Counted from the stretch's first letter, positions 27,464-39,765 are shown. The stretch: 64,000 bases of DNA from Thiobacillus sp. (GCA_046291555.1 JBKBRW010000011.1:575-64574); one strand, 5' to 3'. Notes: a model not told the origin generated them from the letters alone. Program-made: numbers and translations.

Positions 27464-28168
27464 TCAGCGCAGCACGACGTTGATGAGGCTGGCGAGCTCT
27501 GCCGGTGCAATGCCGGTGAGCAACGCGACGAGACCGATGAAGATCGAGATCAGCGGCCACAGGATGATGCCGAGGATGCCGGTGAACAGCAGCGCGAGCA
27601 GGATGATGAGGCCGTAAGGCTCGATGCGGGAGAACTGGATGGCCTGGCGCATCGGCAGCAGGCTCACCGCGATGCGCCCGCCGTCGAGCGGCGGCAGCGG
27701 GATGAGATTCAGCGCCATCAGGATGACGTTGATGAACACTCCCGCCGCGCCCATCAGCATCATCGGCGCCGTCGCGAAGCCGCTGCCGAGCGCGTGGCCG
27801 AGCTGGATCACGAGCCCCCAGAACACCGCCATGACGAGATTCATGGCCGGCCCGGCGGCGGCGACCCACAGCATGTCCTGCTTGGGGCGGCGCAGGTTGG
27901 CGAAATTCACCGGTACGGGTTTGGCCCAGCCGAACAGGATCGCGCCGCCACCCAGGAGCTTGCTGGTGACGAGGATGATGAGCGGCACGAGGATAGTCCC
28001 GACCGGGTCGACGTGCTTGATCGGGTTGGCGGTGATACGCCCCTGCGCAGCCGCCGTCATGTCGCCAAAGTAGCGCGCGACGTAACCGTGTGCGGCTTCG
28101 TGCAGGGTAATGGCGAAGATCACCGGCAGCGCGAAGACGGCGATTTTCTGGATCAGGGTCAGTTCCAT
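27464..28168 (-). CDS. Site-2 protease (M50)
   Basis: HEAAH; NLIPLPPLDGG. Confidence 0.93.
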   Translation of the reverse strand: MELTLIQKIAVFALPVIFAITLHEAAHGYVARYFGDMTAAAQGRITANPIKHVDPVGTILVPLIILVTSKLLGGGAILFGWAKPVPVNFANLRRPKQDMLWVAAAGPAMNLVMAVFWGLVIQLGHALGSGFATAPMMLMGAAGVFINVILMALNLIPLPPLDGGRIAVSLLPMRQAIQFSRIEPYGLIILLALLFTGILGIILWPLISIFIGLVALLTGIAPAELASLINVVLR

Positions 28169-28169
28169 G

Positions 28170-28793
28170 TCAGGACTCGAAGGCCGACGCGTCGCCCTTG
28201 CCGTAGCGCAGCACCGCCGGCTCGTCGCCGGTGAGGTCGACCACAGTGGTGGGGGTCAGCCCGCAGGCGCCGCCGTCGATCACGAGGTCGACCTGGTGCT
28301 CGAGCCGCTCGCGAATTTCCCAAGGCTCGGTGAGCGGCACGTCCTCGCCGAAGAGCAGCAGCGTCGACGACAGGATGGGCTCGCCCAGCTCCTCCAGCAG
28401 CGCCTGCACGATCGGATGCGCGGGCACCCTGAGGCCGATGGTGTCGTGCTTCTTGTGCAGCAGGCGCTTGGGCACCTCGCGCGTTCCACGCAGGATGAAG
28501 GTATAGGGTCCCGGGGTATGCGCCTTCAGCAGCCGGAAGGCCGCGTTGTCGACCTGCGCGTAGCGGCCGAGCTCGGAGAGGTCGCGGCACACCAGCGTGA
28601 GGTCGTGGCCGGTGTCGAGCCCGCGCACCGACAAAAGCCGCATCGCCGCCTCCTTGTCGCCGATGTGGCAGCCGAGCGCGTAGCACGAGTCGGTCGGATA
28701 GACGACGACGCCGCCGCGCTTGAGGATGTCGACGGCCTGCTGGATCAGGCGCGGCTGGGGGTTGTCTGCATGAATATTGAAGAATTGCGCCAT
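28170..28793 (-). CDS. Sua5/YciO/YrdC family protein
   Basis: VYPTDSCYALGC; TPGPYTFIL; TIGLRVP; IDGG. Confidence 0.93.
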   Translation of the reverse strand: MAQFFNIHADNPQPRLIQQAVDILKRGGVVVYPTDSCYALGCHIGDKEAAMRLLSVRGLDTGHDLTLVCRDLSELGRYAQVDNAAFRLLKAHTPGPYTFILRGTREVPKRLLHKKHDTIGLRVPAHPIVQALLEELGEPILSSTLLLFGEDVPLTEPWEIRERLEHQVDLVIDGGACGLTPTTVVDLTGDEPAVLRYGKGDASAFES

Positions 28794-28799
28794 AGGGTC

Positions 28800-29663
28800 T
28801 CAGGCCAGGGAAAGGGTCGCGGCGGGCGCGAGTTCGGCCCAGCCCTGCCAGACCGGCTGGCAGTAATGCGGCAGCGCCGGCAGCCGGCCGATGTCGATGC
28901 CTTCGCCCGGCGCGTGGAAGTCGGCACCGCGCGAGGCCTTGAGGCCGAAGGCGCGGGCGAGGTCGGCCCACTTACCGTATTCGGACGGATGATGGCTACC
29001 GGTGATGACTTCGATGCCCTCGCCGCCGAGCGAACGAAAGGCGTCGAGCAGAAGGTGGATTTCGCGCGCGTCGAAGGCATAGCGCCCGGGGTGCGCGATC
29101 ACCGCCAAGCCGCCGCTGGCGCAGATCCAGCCGACGGCGTCCTCGAGCGATGCCCACTGATGCTCGACGTAGCCCGGATTGCCACGCGTGAGGAAACGGC
29201 GGAACGCGCTCCGGATGTCGGGCGCGTGGCCCTGCTCGACGAGCCAACGCGCGAAGTGGGTGCGGCCGACCATTTCCTTGTTGGCGGCATAGCGGTAGGC
29301 GCCTTCGTAGGCGCCTTCGATGCCGGCGCGGGCGAGGTCGTCGCCCATGCGCCGCGCGCGTTCGATGCGGCCACGGCGGATGTCAGCCAGCCCCGCGGCG
29401 AGCTCGGGGTGATCGGGGTCGATGCGCAGGCCCACGATGTGCACCGTCTGCCCGCCCCAGCTGACGGAGATCTCCACGCCCGAGATGAAGGCGATCCCGA
29501 CTGCCGCGGCCGCCGCGCGGGCGGCAGGCAGGCCGGCAACGTCGTCATGATCGGTCAGCGCCAGCGCATGCACGCCGTTGGCCGCGGCGCGCGCGACCAC
29601 ATCGGCCGGCGGAAGCAGGCCGTCGGACACGTTGGAATGGCAATGCAGATCGATATTGAACAT
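28800..29663 (-). CDS. PHP-domain phosphoesterase (YciV/TrpH-like)
   Basis: DLHCHSNVSDG; ALTDHD; AHP; GADFH. Confidence 0.92.
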   Translation of the reverse strand: MFNIDLHCHSNVSDGLLPPADVVARAAANGVHALALTDHDDVAGLPAARAAAAAVGIAFISGVEISVSWGGQTVHIVGLRIDPDHPELAAGLADIRRGRIERARRMGDDLARAGIEGAYEGAYRYAANKEMVGRTHFARWLVEQGHAPDIRSAFRRFLTRGNPGYVEHQWASLEDAVGWICASGGLAVIAHPGRYAFDAREIHLLLDAFRSLGGEGIEVITGSHHPSEYGKWADLARAFGLKASRGADFHAPGEGIDIGRLPALPHYCQPVWQGWAELAPAATLSLA

Positions 29664-29780
29664 CGGGTACGGGACGCCACGGCCCCGCATGAAGCGCTTG
29701 GTCAGGAGGGGGAATCATAGCAAAATACCGCGTCGCCCCCATGTCAGGGCCTCGCCTCCGCCCGGACAGAACAAAACCGA

Positions 29781-30413
29781 ATGAGAAAACTGCTGTTCGA
29801 CCTGTTTCCCGTCATCATCTTCTTCATCGCCTACAAACTGGGCGATGCCAACGCCGAAGCCACGCGCACCTTCATGGCCGACATCGGCCTGCCGCAGCCG
29901 GGTGCCGCGGGCGAAAAACCGGGCATCTACCTCGCCACCCTGGTCGCCATCGTCGCCAGCTTCGGCCAGATCGCCTGGGTCAAGCTGCGCGGACAGGCCG
30001 TCGAAACCATGCTGTGGGTGAGCGTCGTGCTCATCGTGGTATTCGGCGGCGCCACGCTGTGGCTGCACGACGAGGCCTTCATCAAGTGGAAACCCACCGT
30101 GCTCTATTGGCTGTTCGCGGTGATCCTATTCGGCGCCGCCGCCTTCGGTCGCAACCTCATCAAGAGTCTGATGGGGTCGCAGATGGAACTTCCGGACGTC
30201 GCCTGGAGTCGGTTGAACGCCAGCTGGGGCGCTTTTTTTGCGCTCATGGGGCTTGCAAATCTGATTGTCGCCTTCAACTTCTCGACCGACACGTGGGTCA
30301 ATTTCAAGCTGTTTGGCAGTCTCGGGCTGATGCTGGTGTTCGTCATCGGCCAGAGCATGATGCTGACCCGCTATCTCGACAAGGCCGATCTGGATAAGGA
30401 AAACCAGGAATAA
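29781..30413 (+). CDS. yciB: Septation/inner-membrane protein YciB
   Basis: [11 protein letters not shown]; [11 protein letters not shown]; WVNFKLFG. Confidence 0.95.
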   Translation: MRKLLFDLFPVIIFFIAYKLGDANAEATRTFMADIGLPQPGAAGEKPGIYLATLVAIVASFGQIAWVKLRGQAVETMLWVSVVLIVVFGGATLWLHDEAFIKWKPTVLYWLFAVILFGAAAFGRNLIKSLMGSQMELPDVAWSRLNASWGAFFALMGLANLIVAFNFSTDTWVNFKLFGSLGLMLVFVIGQSMMLTRYLDKADLDKENQE

Positions 30414-30715
30414 TGCTGTACGCCATCGTCGGGCAGGACGTGCCCGATAGCCTCGCCAAGCGCCTCGCCGCCCGCCCCGCCCACCTCGAACGGCTGCAGG
30501 CGTTACAGGCTGCTGGCCGCCTGCTGCTCGCCGGTCCCTTCCCTGCCATCGACGGCAACGATCCGGGTGCTGCCGGTTTCACCGGCAGCCTCATCGTCGC
30601 CGAATTCGATACGCTCGCCGCGGCTCAGGCCTGGGCCGATACCGACCCTTACGTCCGTGCGGGCGTTTATTCGAGCGTTTCGGTCAAACCGTTCAAGAAA
30701 GTGTTTCCCGCATGA
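30413..30715 (+). CDS. yciI: YciI family protein
   Basis: RPAHLERL; LAGP; GSLIVAEF; DPY. Confidence 0.95.
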   Translation: MLYAIVGQDVPDSLAKRLAARPAHLERLQALQAAGRLLLAGPFPAIDGNDPGAAGFTGSLIVAEFDTLAAAQAWADTDPYVRAGVYSSVSVKPFKKVFPA

Positions 30716-30975
30716 GCACCGCCGACCTCATCCGCGCGCGCCTCGCCGCGCTCGAACCCGAAACCTTCACGCTGGAAGACGAAAGCGCCCAGCACAAGGG
30801 CCATGCGGGGGCCGCCGGCAGAGGCGGGCATTTCCGCCTCACGATCGTATCCCCGAAATTCCGCAATCTCTCCACCCTTGCCCGTCACCGCCTGGTGTAC
30901 GAAACCATGGGCGAACTGATGCAGCGCGAGATCCATGCGTTGTCGATCACCGCCCTCACCCCGGAAGAACTTTGA
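30712..30975 (+). CDS. bolA: BolA family protein
   Basis: [11 protein letters not shown]; HFRLTIVS; RHRLVY; IHALSI. Confidence 0.93.
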   Translation: MSTADLIRARLAALEPETFTLEDESAQHKGHAGAAGRGGHFRLTIVSPKFRNLSTLARHRLVYETMGELMQREIHALSITALTPEEL

Positions 30976-30986
30976 AAGGATCCTGC

Positions 30987-31793
30987 ATGCGTCTCGCCCC
31001 CCTTCCCGCCCTGCTCCTCCTGGCCCTTACACCGCTGGCGCAGGCCCAGTCCCCCGCCGCGGCTTCGGCGGCCGAGGCCAGCAAACCGGTCGCCGTCGTC
31101 AACGGCCGCGAGATCCCGGCGCTCTACGGCGAGCTCGTCAAACGTGAAATGGCCCAGGGTCAGCCGGCGAACGACCAGCTCGACTCGCGCGTGCGCGAGT
31201 CGCTGATCAACCTCGAGCTCCTCTCGCGCGCCGCGGTCGACAAGGGCCTCGACAAGGATCCGCGCATCGCCGCCATGCTCGACATCCGTCGTAAGGACCA
31301 GCTCGCGAAGGCGTATCTCGATGACTACGTGAAGACCCACCCGGTGACCGATGCGGAAGTCCAGTCGTTCTACGACAAGGTCAAGGCCGAGAAAAAGGAG
31401 CCGGAATACCGCGCGCGCCACATTCTGGTCGCGACCGAAGCCGAGGCGAAGAAGATCATCGCCGACCTCGGCAAGAAGGTGAAATTCGAGGATCTCGCGA
31501 AGAAATTCTCGAAAGATCCGGGCTCGGCCAAGAACGGCGGCCAGCTCGACTGGGCCGATCGCCGCGTCTTCGTGCCAGAATTCTCGGAGGCGCTGGCAGG
31601 GCTGAAGAAGGGTGAGACGACCAAGGCGCCCGTCAAGACGCAGTTCGGCTACCACGTGATCCGCCTCGACGACACGCGCGAACCGCAACTGCCGGCGCTC
31701 GAGGCTGTGCGCGGCGAAATCGTCCAGCAGCTTCAGCAGCAGCGCGTACGCGACGCGATCATGGCCCAGCGCGCCGCAGCAAAAATCGATTAA
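30987..31793 (+). CDS. Exported parvulin (PpiC-type) peptidyl-prolyl isomerase
   Basis: Signal peptide; ARHILV; FEDLAKKFSKDPGS..GGQLDW; TQFGYHVI. Confidence 0.92.
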   Translation: MRLAPLPALLLLALTPLAQAQSPAAASAAEASKPVAVVNGREIPALYGELVKREMAQGQPANDQLDSRVRESLINLELLSRAAVDKGLDKDPRIAAMLDIRRKDQLAKAYLDDYVKTHPVTDAEVQSFYDKVKAEKKEPEYRARHILVATEAEAKKIIADLGKKVKFEDLAKKFSKDPGSAKNGGQLDWADRRVFVPEFSEALAGLKKGETTKAPVKTQFGYHVIRLDDTREPQLPALEAVRGEIVQQLQQQRVRDAIMAQRAAAKID

Positions 31794-31849
31794 TCGGCTA
31801 AGTATTAAAGGAGGGGCGCCGCCCCGATTCCAACGACAGGGAGCCTGAA

Positions 31850-32095
31850 ATGGCCAAAGAACACAACCAGTTGCAGGATCTTTTTCTCAACACGCTGCGC
31901 AAGGAGCGCATTCCGGTGTCGGTGTTCCTGGTGAACGGCATCAAGCTCATGGGACGCATCGAGTCGTTCGATCAGTTCGTGGTGTTGTTGAAGGGGCAGG
32001 ACCAGGCGGCGCAGATGATCTTCAAACACGCCATTTCGACCATTTCGCCGTCGCGCGAAGTGGTGCTTCCGCCGCGCGACGCCGCCGAGTCCTGA
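31850..32095 (+). CDS. hfq: Hfq-family RNA chaperone (probable paralog)
   Basis: [27 protein letters not shown]...FKHAIST. Confidence 0.9.
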   Translation: MAKEHNQLQDLFLNTLRKERIPVSVFLVNGIKLMGRIESFDQFVVLLKGQDQAAQMIFKHAISTISPSREVVLPPRDAAES

Positions 32096-32101
32096 TTCCG
32101 G

Positions 32102-33706
32102 CTATTCGACGTGGACGGCCAGCAAGCTGGCCGCAGTCGGGGCGTCGACGAGGACGACTGATCCGCCGCGGTACAGTTGCCCAAAGCGCGCCGGGACGGC
32201 CTTGTAGTCGTCCCGGTGTTCGAGATAGATCACCATGTAGCCGTCGGGGTGCGCCGCGAGCCAGGGCGCGAGCGCGTCGCCCCTCAATTCCACGAGCGGT
32301 TTCTCCAGTCGCCCAAGGAACTGATACTGGGCGTGATAACGCGCGGCGTTCGCGACCGGCCGACCCTCGTCCTGCACCGCCTTGATCGCCGTCGCCATCG
32401 GCTTGACGTCGTAGAGCGGCGCCATCGCCCGCATCACCGACACCTGCACCAGCGCCATCAGCGCAGCGCCGAGAAGCGCCAGGCTGAGCGTGGCCGGCAC
32501 GCCGCGCCGCCCCGCCCACCAGGCGGCGCCGGCCACAGCAATCAGCAAGGCACCGGGCCACGCAGGCGGCAGTTCGACGATGTTGCCGTGCAGATGACCG
32601 AACTGCCCTGCCGCCACCAGGATCAGTACGCCTCCCAGCGCCCCTGCGAACAGAGCAGGCATCCCCACGCGGGAGGCGGGCCGGTCACGCAATACGCGCA
32701 CCGCGAAGAGGACGAAGGCCGGGAAAAGCGGTATCAGGTAATGCGGTTGCTTGCCGCTTATGAATGAAAATGCAATGAAAACGGGCAGCATCCACGCGAG
32801 ACAGAAACGCGTGCCCCGATCGAGCCCGCCCTTCACGTGCGCGACCAAGCCGCGCCAGAAGCCCGGCCAGACGAAGCTTGGAAACAGCAACACCGGCAAC
32901 AGGGGCACGTACCACCAGAACGGCCGCCGGTGAGCGAAGGACTCGACCACGCGATCGGCAGTTTGTCCCCAGAAGATCGCGTTGCGATAAGCCTCCCCTC
33001 CGGCGTTGCCCGCAGGGATCGCCCAAGCCAGCGCAATTGCGGCGCCCAGCGCCACTGCGAACCCGACGCCGCCAAACCACCGCCCCCATTTCAACCCCCG
33101 GTTCCACCATGGCGCCAGCACGGCCACGGGCAACAGGTTGAGCAGGATGACCGGCCCCTTGGTGAGCACGCCGAGCCCGATGGCGATACCCAGCATCACG
33201 AAGCCCCGACGCTTGCCCTCCGCCGCAGAGAGGATGCCGTGCATCCCGACGAGCACCCAGAAGGCGAGCATGACGTCGAACATCACCGCCGTCGAGAACA
33301 CCACCCACAGCAGCGTACCCGAGAGCAGCAACGCAGCCTCGCCGCCGACACCGGCGTGCTGTGGCCAGAGCCGTCGTCCCAGCGCCCAGGTCAGGAGCAA
33401 GCCGCCGGCGGAAAACAGCGGCAGCACCAGGCGCGGCCACCATTCGTTCACGCCGAACAACGCCCAGCCAGCATGGAACATCCAGAACATGAACGGCGGC
33501 TTGTGGTCGTAGGGCTCGCCGTTCTTGTAGGGCACAAGAAAGTCGCCCCGCAGCCACATCTCCCACGCCGCGCTGACATAGCGCGTCTCGTCGATCGGCG
33601 TGAGCGGCCGCGCCGTCCAAGCCACCGCAACCAGTACAGCCAGGAGCACCAGAGCAAGGGTGAGGCGCGGGCGGTCGCCTGACTCAGGGTCGTTTAACCA
33701 CTTCAT
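32102..33706 (-). CDS. GT39/ArnT-like polyprenyl-phosphate-sugar transferase
   Basis: PIDETRY; YDHKPP; LTKGP; many TM helices. Confidence 0.88.
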   Translation of the reverse strand: MKWLNDPESGDRPRLTLALVLLAVLVAVAWTARPLTPIDETRYVSAAWEMWLRGDFLVPYKNGEPYDHKPPFMFWMFHAGWALFGVNEWWPRLVLPLFSAGGLLLTWALGRRLWPQHAGVGGEAALLLSGTLLWVVFSTAVMFDVMLAFWVLVGMHGILSAAEGKRRGFVMLGIAIGLGVLTKGPVILLNLLPVAVLAPWWNRGLKWGRWFGGVGFAVALGAAIALAWAIPAGNAGGEAYRNAIFWGQTADRVVESFAHRRPFWWYVPLLPVLLFPSFVWPGFWRGLVAHVKGGLDRGTRFCLAWMLPVFIAFSFISGKQPHYLIPLFPAFVLFAVRVLRDRPASRVGMPALFAGALGGVLILVAAGQFGHLHGNIVELPPAWPGALLIAVAGAAWWAGRRGVPATLSLALLGAALMALVQVSVMRAMAPLYDVKPMATAIKAVQDEGRPVANAARYHAQYQFLGRLEKPLVELRGDALAPWLAAHPDGYMVIYLEHRDDYKAVPARFGQLYRGGSVVLVDAPTAASLLAVHVE

Positions 33707-34403
33707 GGAGCGTGTTCTCCTTGGTGTCGAGTTCCGCGTCGATCTCGGCGTCGAGGCTCTCTCCGTGACGGAAGCGGCGGTACAGCCATACGCCGAGCAC
33801 TCCGGAGACGAGAAAGAGGCCGACGGCGAGCGAGAGTTTCAGTGCTGGATCGAGATGCGCGCCGCTCCCGACCAAAGCAAACACGAGTGTTTGCGGCAAA
33901 TATCCGACGAACGTACCAAAGAAGAAATGCCGCCCGCGGATGCTCGAAATGCCTGCGGCAAGATTGGTGGCGAGGTTGCTGCCCACGGGCAACAGCCGAA
34001 TGAGTACCGTCATCGAAATCGGGTGGTCGTGGACGAAGCGATCGAAGCGCGCCACGCGCTCGCCCAGGCGAGCACGCAGAAAGCCCTTGCCGAAAAAACG
34101 CGCGTAGGCGAAGGCCAACATGCAGCCGAGCAAAGCCGCCAGCGCCCCAAGCAGCGTGCCGAGCGCGGTGTGGAACGCATAGCCAGCAAGAAACGCGATG
34201 AGCTGGCGCGGCAGGCCGACCGCGGTGAACAGCCCCCCCATGAGCAGGAACAGCACTGCCCCGCTGAGACCATGACCACGCACCTTGGCGTCGATCCAGG
34301 CTTCGTTGAGGCTTCCGCCAAGGTCACTGGTCTTGAACAGGTAGCCCAGCAAGGCGAGGCTCAGGATGAGCGCGAGGCCCTTGAGAATGACGCGCGCGTT
34401 CAT
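33684..34403 (-). CDS. TVP38/TMEM64 (DedA/VTT domain) membrane protein
   Basis: AVGLPRQ; VLIRLLPVG; GTFVGYLP. Confidence 0.88.
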   Translation of the reverse strand: MNARVILKGLALILSLALLGYLFKTSDLGGSLNEAWIDAKVRGHGLSGAVLFLLMGGLFTAVGLPRQLIAFLAGYAFHTALGTLLGALAALLGCMLAFAYARFFGKGFLRARLGERVARFDRFVHDHPISMTVLIRLLPVGSNLATNLAAGISSIRGRHFFFGTFVGYLPQTLVFALVGSGAHLDPALKLSLAVGLFLVSGVLGVWLYRRFRHGESLDAEIDAELDTKENTLHEVVKRP

Positions 34404-34423
34404 GATGCCGCCCGCCCCTGCGC

Positions 34424-35173
34424 CTAAAGGTCGGAATCCGGCTCGATCACGGGCAGCCGCACCCGCCGCTGCAGCCATGCCACGCCAAACAAGTCGACGA
34501 TGCCGACCCACAGCCGGTTGTGGATGCCGTATTTGGAAGCGCCCCGTTCGCGCGGGCGGTGGCGCACCGGCACCGACACCACGGCGCCGCCGTTGCGCAG
34601 CACCAGCGCCGGCAGAAAACGGTGCATGTGGTCAAAGTTGGGGAGCGCGAGAAAGGTTTCGCGGGCGAAAAGCTTGAGGCCGCAGCCGGTGTCGGGCGTG
34701 TTGTCCTTCAACATGCGCGCGCGCACGCCGTTGGCGATCTTCGAAGACAGTCGGCGGACGAAGGTATCGTTGCGCTTGGAACGCCAGCCGGCGAGGAGCT
34801 CCAGATTGGCAGGCCGCGCCGGGTCGGCGAGCTGTTCCAACAGCGCGGGGATATCGGCCGGGTCGTTCTGGCCGTCGCCGTCGAGGGTGGCGATCCACTC
34901 GTACCGGGCGGCGGTCACGCCGGTGGTGACCGCGCGGCTCTGGCCGCAGGATTCGCGGTGGCGTATCACCCGCAGCATGGGGAACTCGCCTTTCAGCGCA
35001 TCGAGGCGGACCTGGGTGGCATCGGAACTGCCGTCGTTGACATAGATGATTTCGAACTCAGCTTTGCCCTCGAGCGCAGCGGCGATCTCCCGCACCAGCG
35101 GCTCGACGTTGTCCTGTTCGTTCTTGACGGGGACGACCACGGAAAGCCTGCCGTGGTAGGCGTATTTCGGCAT
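34424..35173 (-). CDS. GT2 polyprenyl-phosphate glycosyltransferase (DPM-like)
   Basis: VVVPVKNE; VNDGSSD; TLDGDGQNDP; MHRFLP. Confidence 0.92.
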   Translation of the reverse strand: MPKYAYHGRLSVVVPVKNEQDNVEPLVREIAAALEGKAEFEIIYVNDGSSDATQVRLDALKGEFPMLRVIRHRESCGQSRAVTTGVTAARYEWIATLDGDGQNDPADIPALLEQLADPARPANLELLAGWRSKRNDTFVRRLSSKIANGVRARMLKDNTPDTGCGLKLFARETFLALPNFDHMHRFLPALVLRNGGAVVSVPVRHRPRERGASKYGIHNRLWVGIVDLFGVAWLQRRVRLPVIEPDSDL

Positions 35174-35195
35174 GAGTCTGTGCGGTCGACGAGTG

Positions 35196-35286
35196 TGGCG
35201 GAGAGGGGGGGATTCGAACCCCCGTCAGGGTATTACCCTGAACACGCTTTCCAGGCGTGCGACTTAAACCACTCATCCACCTCTCC
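35196..35286 (-). tRNA. tRNA-Ser (GGA)
   Basis: Minus strand GGAGAGG acceptor stem, anticodon loop CTGGAAA, long variable arm, GGTTCGAATCC, encoded CCA. Confidence 0.97.
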
Positions 35287-35374
35287 GGGAAGCCGCGCAT
35301 GATACCGGAAGCGCCGGGGCCGGGCAAACCGCGCACCGCCGCGGCGCAACGCCGGAAATAATTGATCTCTGCCT

Positions 35375-35402
35375 CTTGAATGCGGATTTGCCGTCCCCAT
35401 GT
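35375..35402 (+). promoter_or_regulatory. Sigma-32 promoter of grpE
   Basis: CTTGAA-N14-CCCCATGT. Confidence 0.85.
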
Positions 35403-35428
35403 GCACGTCGAATCAACCGGGAGACCCC

Positions 35429-35950
35429 ATGCAAGACGAAGCCAAGAACGCGGCCGCAGCAGCCGAGAGTCATGACAAGGAAACCATGCCCAGCCTGGAG
35501 GAGATGCTCAAGGCGGCCGAACTCCAGGCGGCCGAGCACCACGACGCCTGGCTGCGCGCCAAGGCGGAAACCGAGAACGTGCGCCGCCGCGCCGCGGAAG
35601 ACGTCGACAAGGCACGCAAGTTCGCCGTGGAGGGTTTTGCCGCCGAATTGCTGGCGGTGAAAGACAGCCTCGAGGCCGCGCTCGCTGACACGTCGCCCAG
35701 CGTCGAGACGCTCAAGAGCGGCGTCGACCTGACGCTCAAGCAGCTCGCCGCGGCGTTCCGCAAGTTCAACCTCGTCGACATCGATCCCGTGGGCGAGAAG
35801 TTCGACCCCCACTTGCACCAGGCGATCCAGATGGTCGACTCCGACCAGCCGGCCAATACGGTGGTGACGGTGCTGCAGAAGGGCTATCGCCTCCACGACC
35901 GGATCCTGCGGCCCGCGCTGGTGATGGTCTCGAAAGGCCCCGCCGGCTGA
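35429..35950 (+). CDS. grpE: Nucleotide exchange factor GrpE
   Basis: [13 protein letters not shown]; FDPHLHQAI; [17 protein letters not shown]. Confidence 0.97.
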   Translation: MQDEAKNAAAAAESHDKETMPSLEEMLKAAELQAAEHHDAWLRAKAETENVRRRAAEDVDKARKFAVEGFAAELLAVKDSLEAALADTSPSVETLKSGVDLTLKQLAAAFRKFNLVDIDPVGEKFDPHLHQAIQMVDSDQPANTVVTVLQKGYRLHDRILRPALVMVSKGPAG

Positions 35951-35974
35951 GGCGCGAAAGGCCCTGCTGGCAGG

Positions 35975-36002
35975 CTTGAAATAGGCCTCCCTCCCCCCAT
36001 AT
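35975..36002 (+). promoter_or_regulatory. Sigma-32 promoter of dnaK
   Basis: CTTGAA-N14-CCCCATAT. Confidence 0.88.
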
Positions 36003-36039
36003 CGAAACCAATTCAAACATCTCTGGAAGGAAACACATC

Positions 36040-37971
<1,932 letters not shown>

Positions 37972-38002
37972 GGCAAGCCCGCGAGGGCTGCCTCACGATC
38001 GG

Positions 38003-38030
38003 ACGCCGGCCTGCGTGTCGGCGTTTTTTT
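38003..38030 (+). terminator. Intrinsic terminator after dnaK
   Basis: ACGCCGGC...GTCGGCGT hairpin followed by a T-run. Confidence 0.8.
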
Positions 38031-38070
38031 GCGCGCGGGCGACGCGTCCGCGGCCGGTGCCGTCGGCGCG

Positions 38071-39201
38071 TCAGACGCCCGGCTGCAGCACCACGGGCAG
38101 GTCGCTCTTCTGACCGGCTCGCAGTACCGTCACCTGCACGGTGTCGCCGACGCGGTGATCGTCGAGGCGCGCCAGCAGTTCGCGTACCGACCGCACCGGC
38201 TTGCCGTTGATTGCAACAATGGTGTCGCCGGGCACGATGCCGCCGTCGCGCGACGCCGTCGCCCCCTTGAGCCCGGCGGTATCCGCGGCGGAACCCGGGG
38301 CGACGCGCAGGATCACCACGCCCTCGACACCAGTCAGCTGCATCAGGCGCTCGTTGAGCCCCTCGTCGACCTCGATGCCCAGCGCGGGCCGAATGTAGCG
38401 GCCGCTGCGGATGAGCTGCGGCACGACGCGGTTCACCGTATCCACCGGCACGGCGAAGCCGATCCCGGCGGAAGCGCCGCTCGGGCTGTAGATCGCCGTG
38501 TTGATGCCGATCAGCCGGCCGGCGGAATCGAGCAACGGCCCGCCCGAGTTGCCCGGATTGATCGCGGCATCGGTCTGGATCAGGTGCTCGATGCTGCGGC
38601 CGTTGTTGCCCTCGAGCGAACGATCGAGCGCCGAGACGATGCCGGTGGTGAGCGTCCAGTCGAGCCCGAAAGGGTTGCCGATCGCAAAGACCTTCTGCCC
38701 CACCTTCAGGTCATGGCTGGTGCCCACCGGCACCGGCGGCGGGCGCTTGAAACCGACGCCGATCTTGAGCACCGCGATGTCGTGCGCCGGGCTCACGCCG
38801 ACCAGCCCGGCCCTGAAGCTGCGCCCGTCCGCGAGCTTCACCGTCGCCTCAGAGGCCCCCTCGATCACGTGCAGGTTGGTGATGACATGCCCGGCATCGT
38901 CCCAGACGAAACCGGAGCCGGTGCCGCGCGGCACCGAGAACACGTTGCGCGTCCACACGTCCATCACCTGCGCGCGCGTGGTGATGTAAACGACCGATGC
39001 GCGCGACTTCTCGAACAGCGCGATGGTGGCCTGCTCGTCCGCAGCGAGATCGCCCCGGGCCGTCACCGTGCGCGCCGTCGCCGAGGGTTCGCCGGCAAAC
39101 CAGCTTTCGATGGCCGGCATGCTGCGCCACAGCACCATCAGCAGCGCGGCAGCGAGCGTGAGCCAGACGAGACGGGAAAGGAAGCGGTCTTTCGCAGGCA
39201 T
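38071..39201 (-). CDS. DegP/HtrA-like serine protease with one PDZ domain
   Basis: GTGSGF, TNLHV, DIAVL, GNPFG, TDAAINPGNSGGP. Confidence 0.95.
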   Translation of the reverse strand: MPAKDRFLSRLVWLTLAAALLMVLWRSMPAIESWFAGEPSATARTVTARGDLAADEQATIALFEKSRASVVYITTRAQVMDVWTRNVFSVPRGTGSGFVWDDAGHVITNLHVIEGASEATVKLADGRSFRAGLVGVSPAHDIAVLKIGVGFKRPPPVPVGTSHDLKVGQKVFAIGNPFGLDWTLTTGIVSALDRSLEGNNGRSIEHLIQTDAAINPGNSGGPLLDSAGRLIGINTAIYSPSGASAGIGFAVPVDTVNRVVPQLIRSGRYIRPALGIEVDEGLNERLMQLTGVEGVVILRVAPGSAADTAGLKGATASRDGGIVPGDTIVAINGKPVRSVRELLARLDDHRVGDTVQVTVLRAGQKSDLPVVLQPGV

Positions 39202-39267
39202 GGCGTTCAATCAGATCGAATGGGTTGGCGATCGGCGACTGCCCGCAAACGTCACGGGCCACCGGCG

Positions 39268-39765
39268 TCAGCGGGCTTCAGCGTCCCCGCGCTGCGCGGC
39301 ATTGTCCCGCAGATCCCGTTCCCGCAACAGCCAGTAGACCAAGCCCAGCGCGAGGGCCGCGCCGGCGAGCGCCGCCAGCTTGGCCGGTGCGACGTCGGCA
39401 TCGAGGATGATGAACTTGCGGGACAGCGCGAGCAGCGCGATCAGCACGACCGTCTTGACCTGAATGATGCTGTCGCGGCGCAACGCGACCTTGAGAATGG
39501 AATGCTTGAATTCCATCGCGATAAGCAGCGTCATGATCATCCCGAACACCGTCTGGAACACCTGGTGTTCGAGCGGGTTGAAGGAATCGAGCACGAGCAG
39601 CACGAAAACCGTGCGGATCAACTGCACCAGCGACACCACGATGACGACGGCGATAACGGCGGAAAGGATGAGCGCGATGACCTGCTCGAAACGCTCGTAG
39701 AAGCTCATCACGCCCCACTCCTGGCGGAAGCGTTCGAGCTTGGTCTTATAGTCCTCGTTGGTCAT
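39268..39765 (-). CDS. PsiE-family membrane protein
   Basis: FGMIMTLLIAMEF; VKTVVLIALLALSRKFIILD. Confidence 0.85.
   Translation of the reverse strand: MTNEDYKTKLERFRQEWGVMSFYERFEQVIALILSAVIAVVIVVSLVQLIRTVFVLLVLDSFNPLEHQVFQTVFGMIMTLLIAMEFKHSILKVALRRDSIIQVKTVVLIALLALSRKFIILDADVAPAKLAALAGAALALGLVYWLLRERDLRDNAAQRGDAEAR

Noticed and set aside
35196-35286. tRNA-Ser as a genomic-island integration site
   Set aside because: No integrase nearby and no duplicate of the tRNA 3' end noticed in the window
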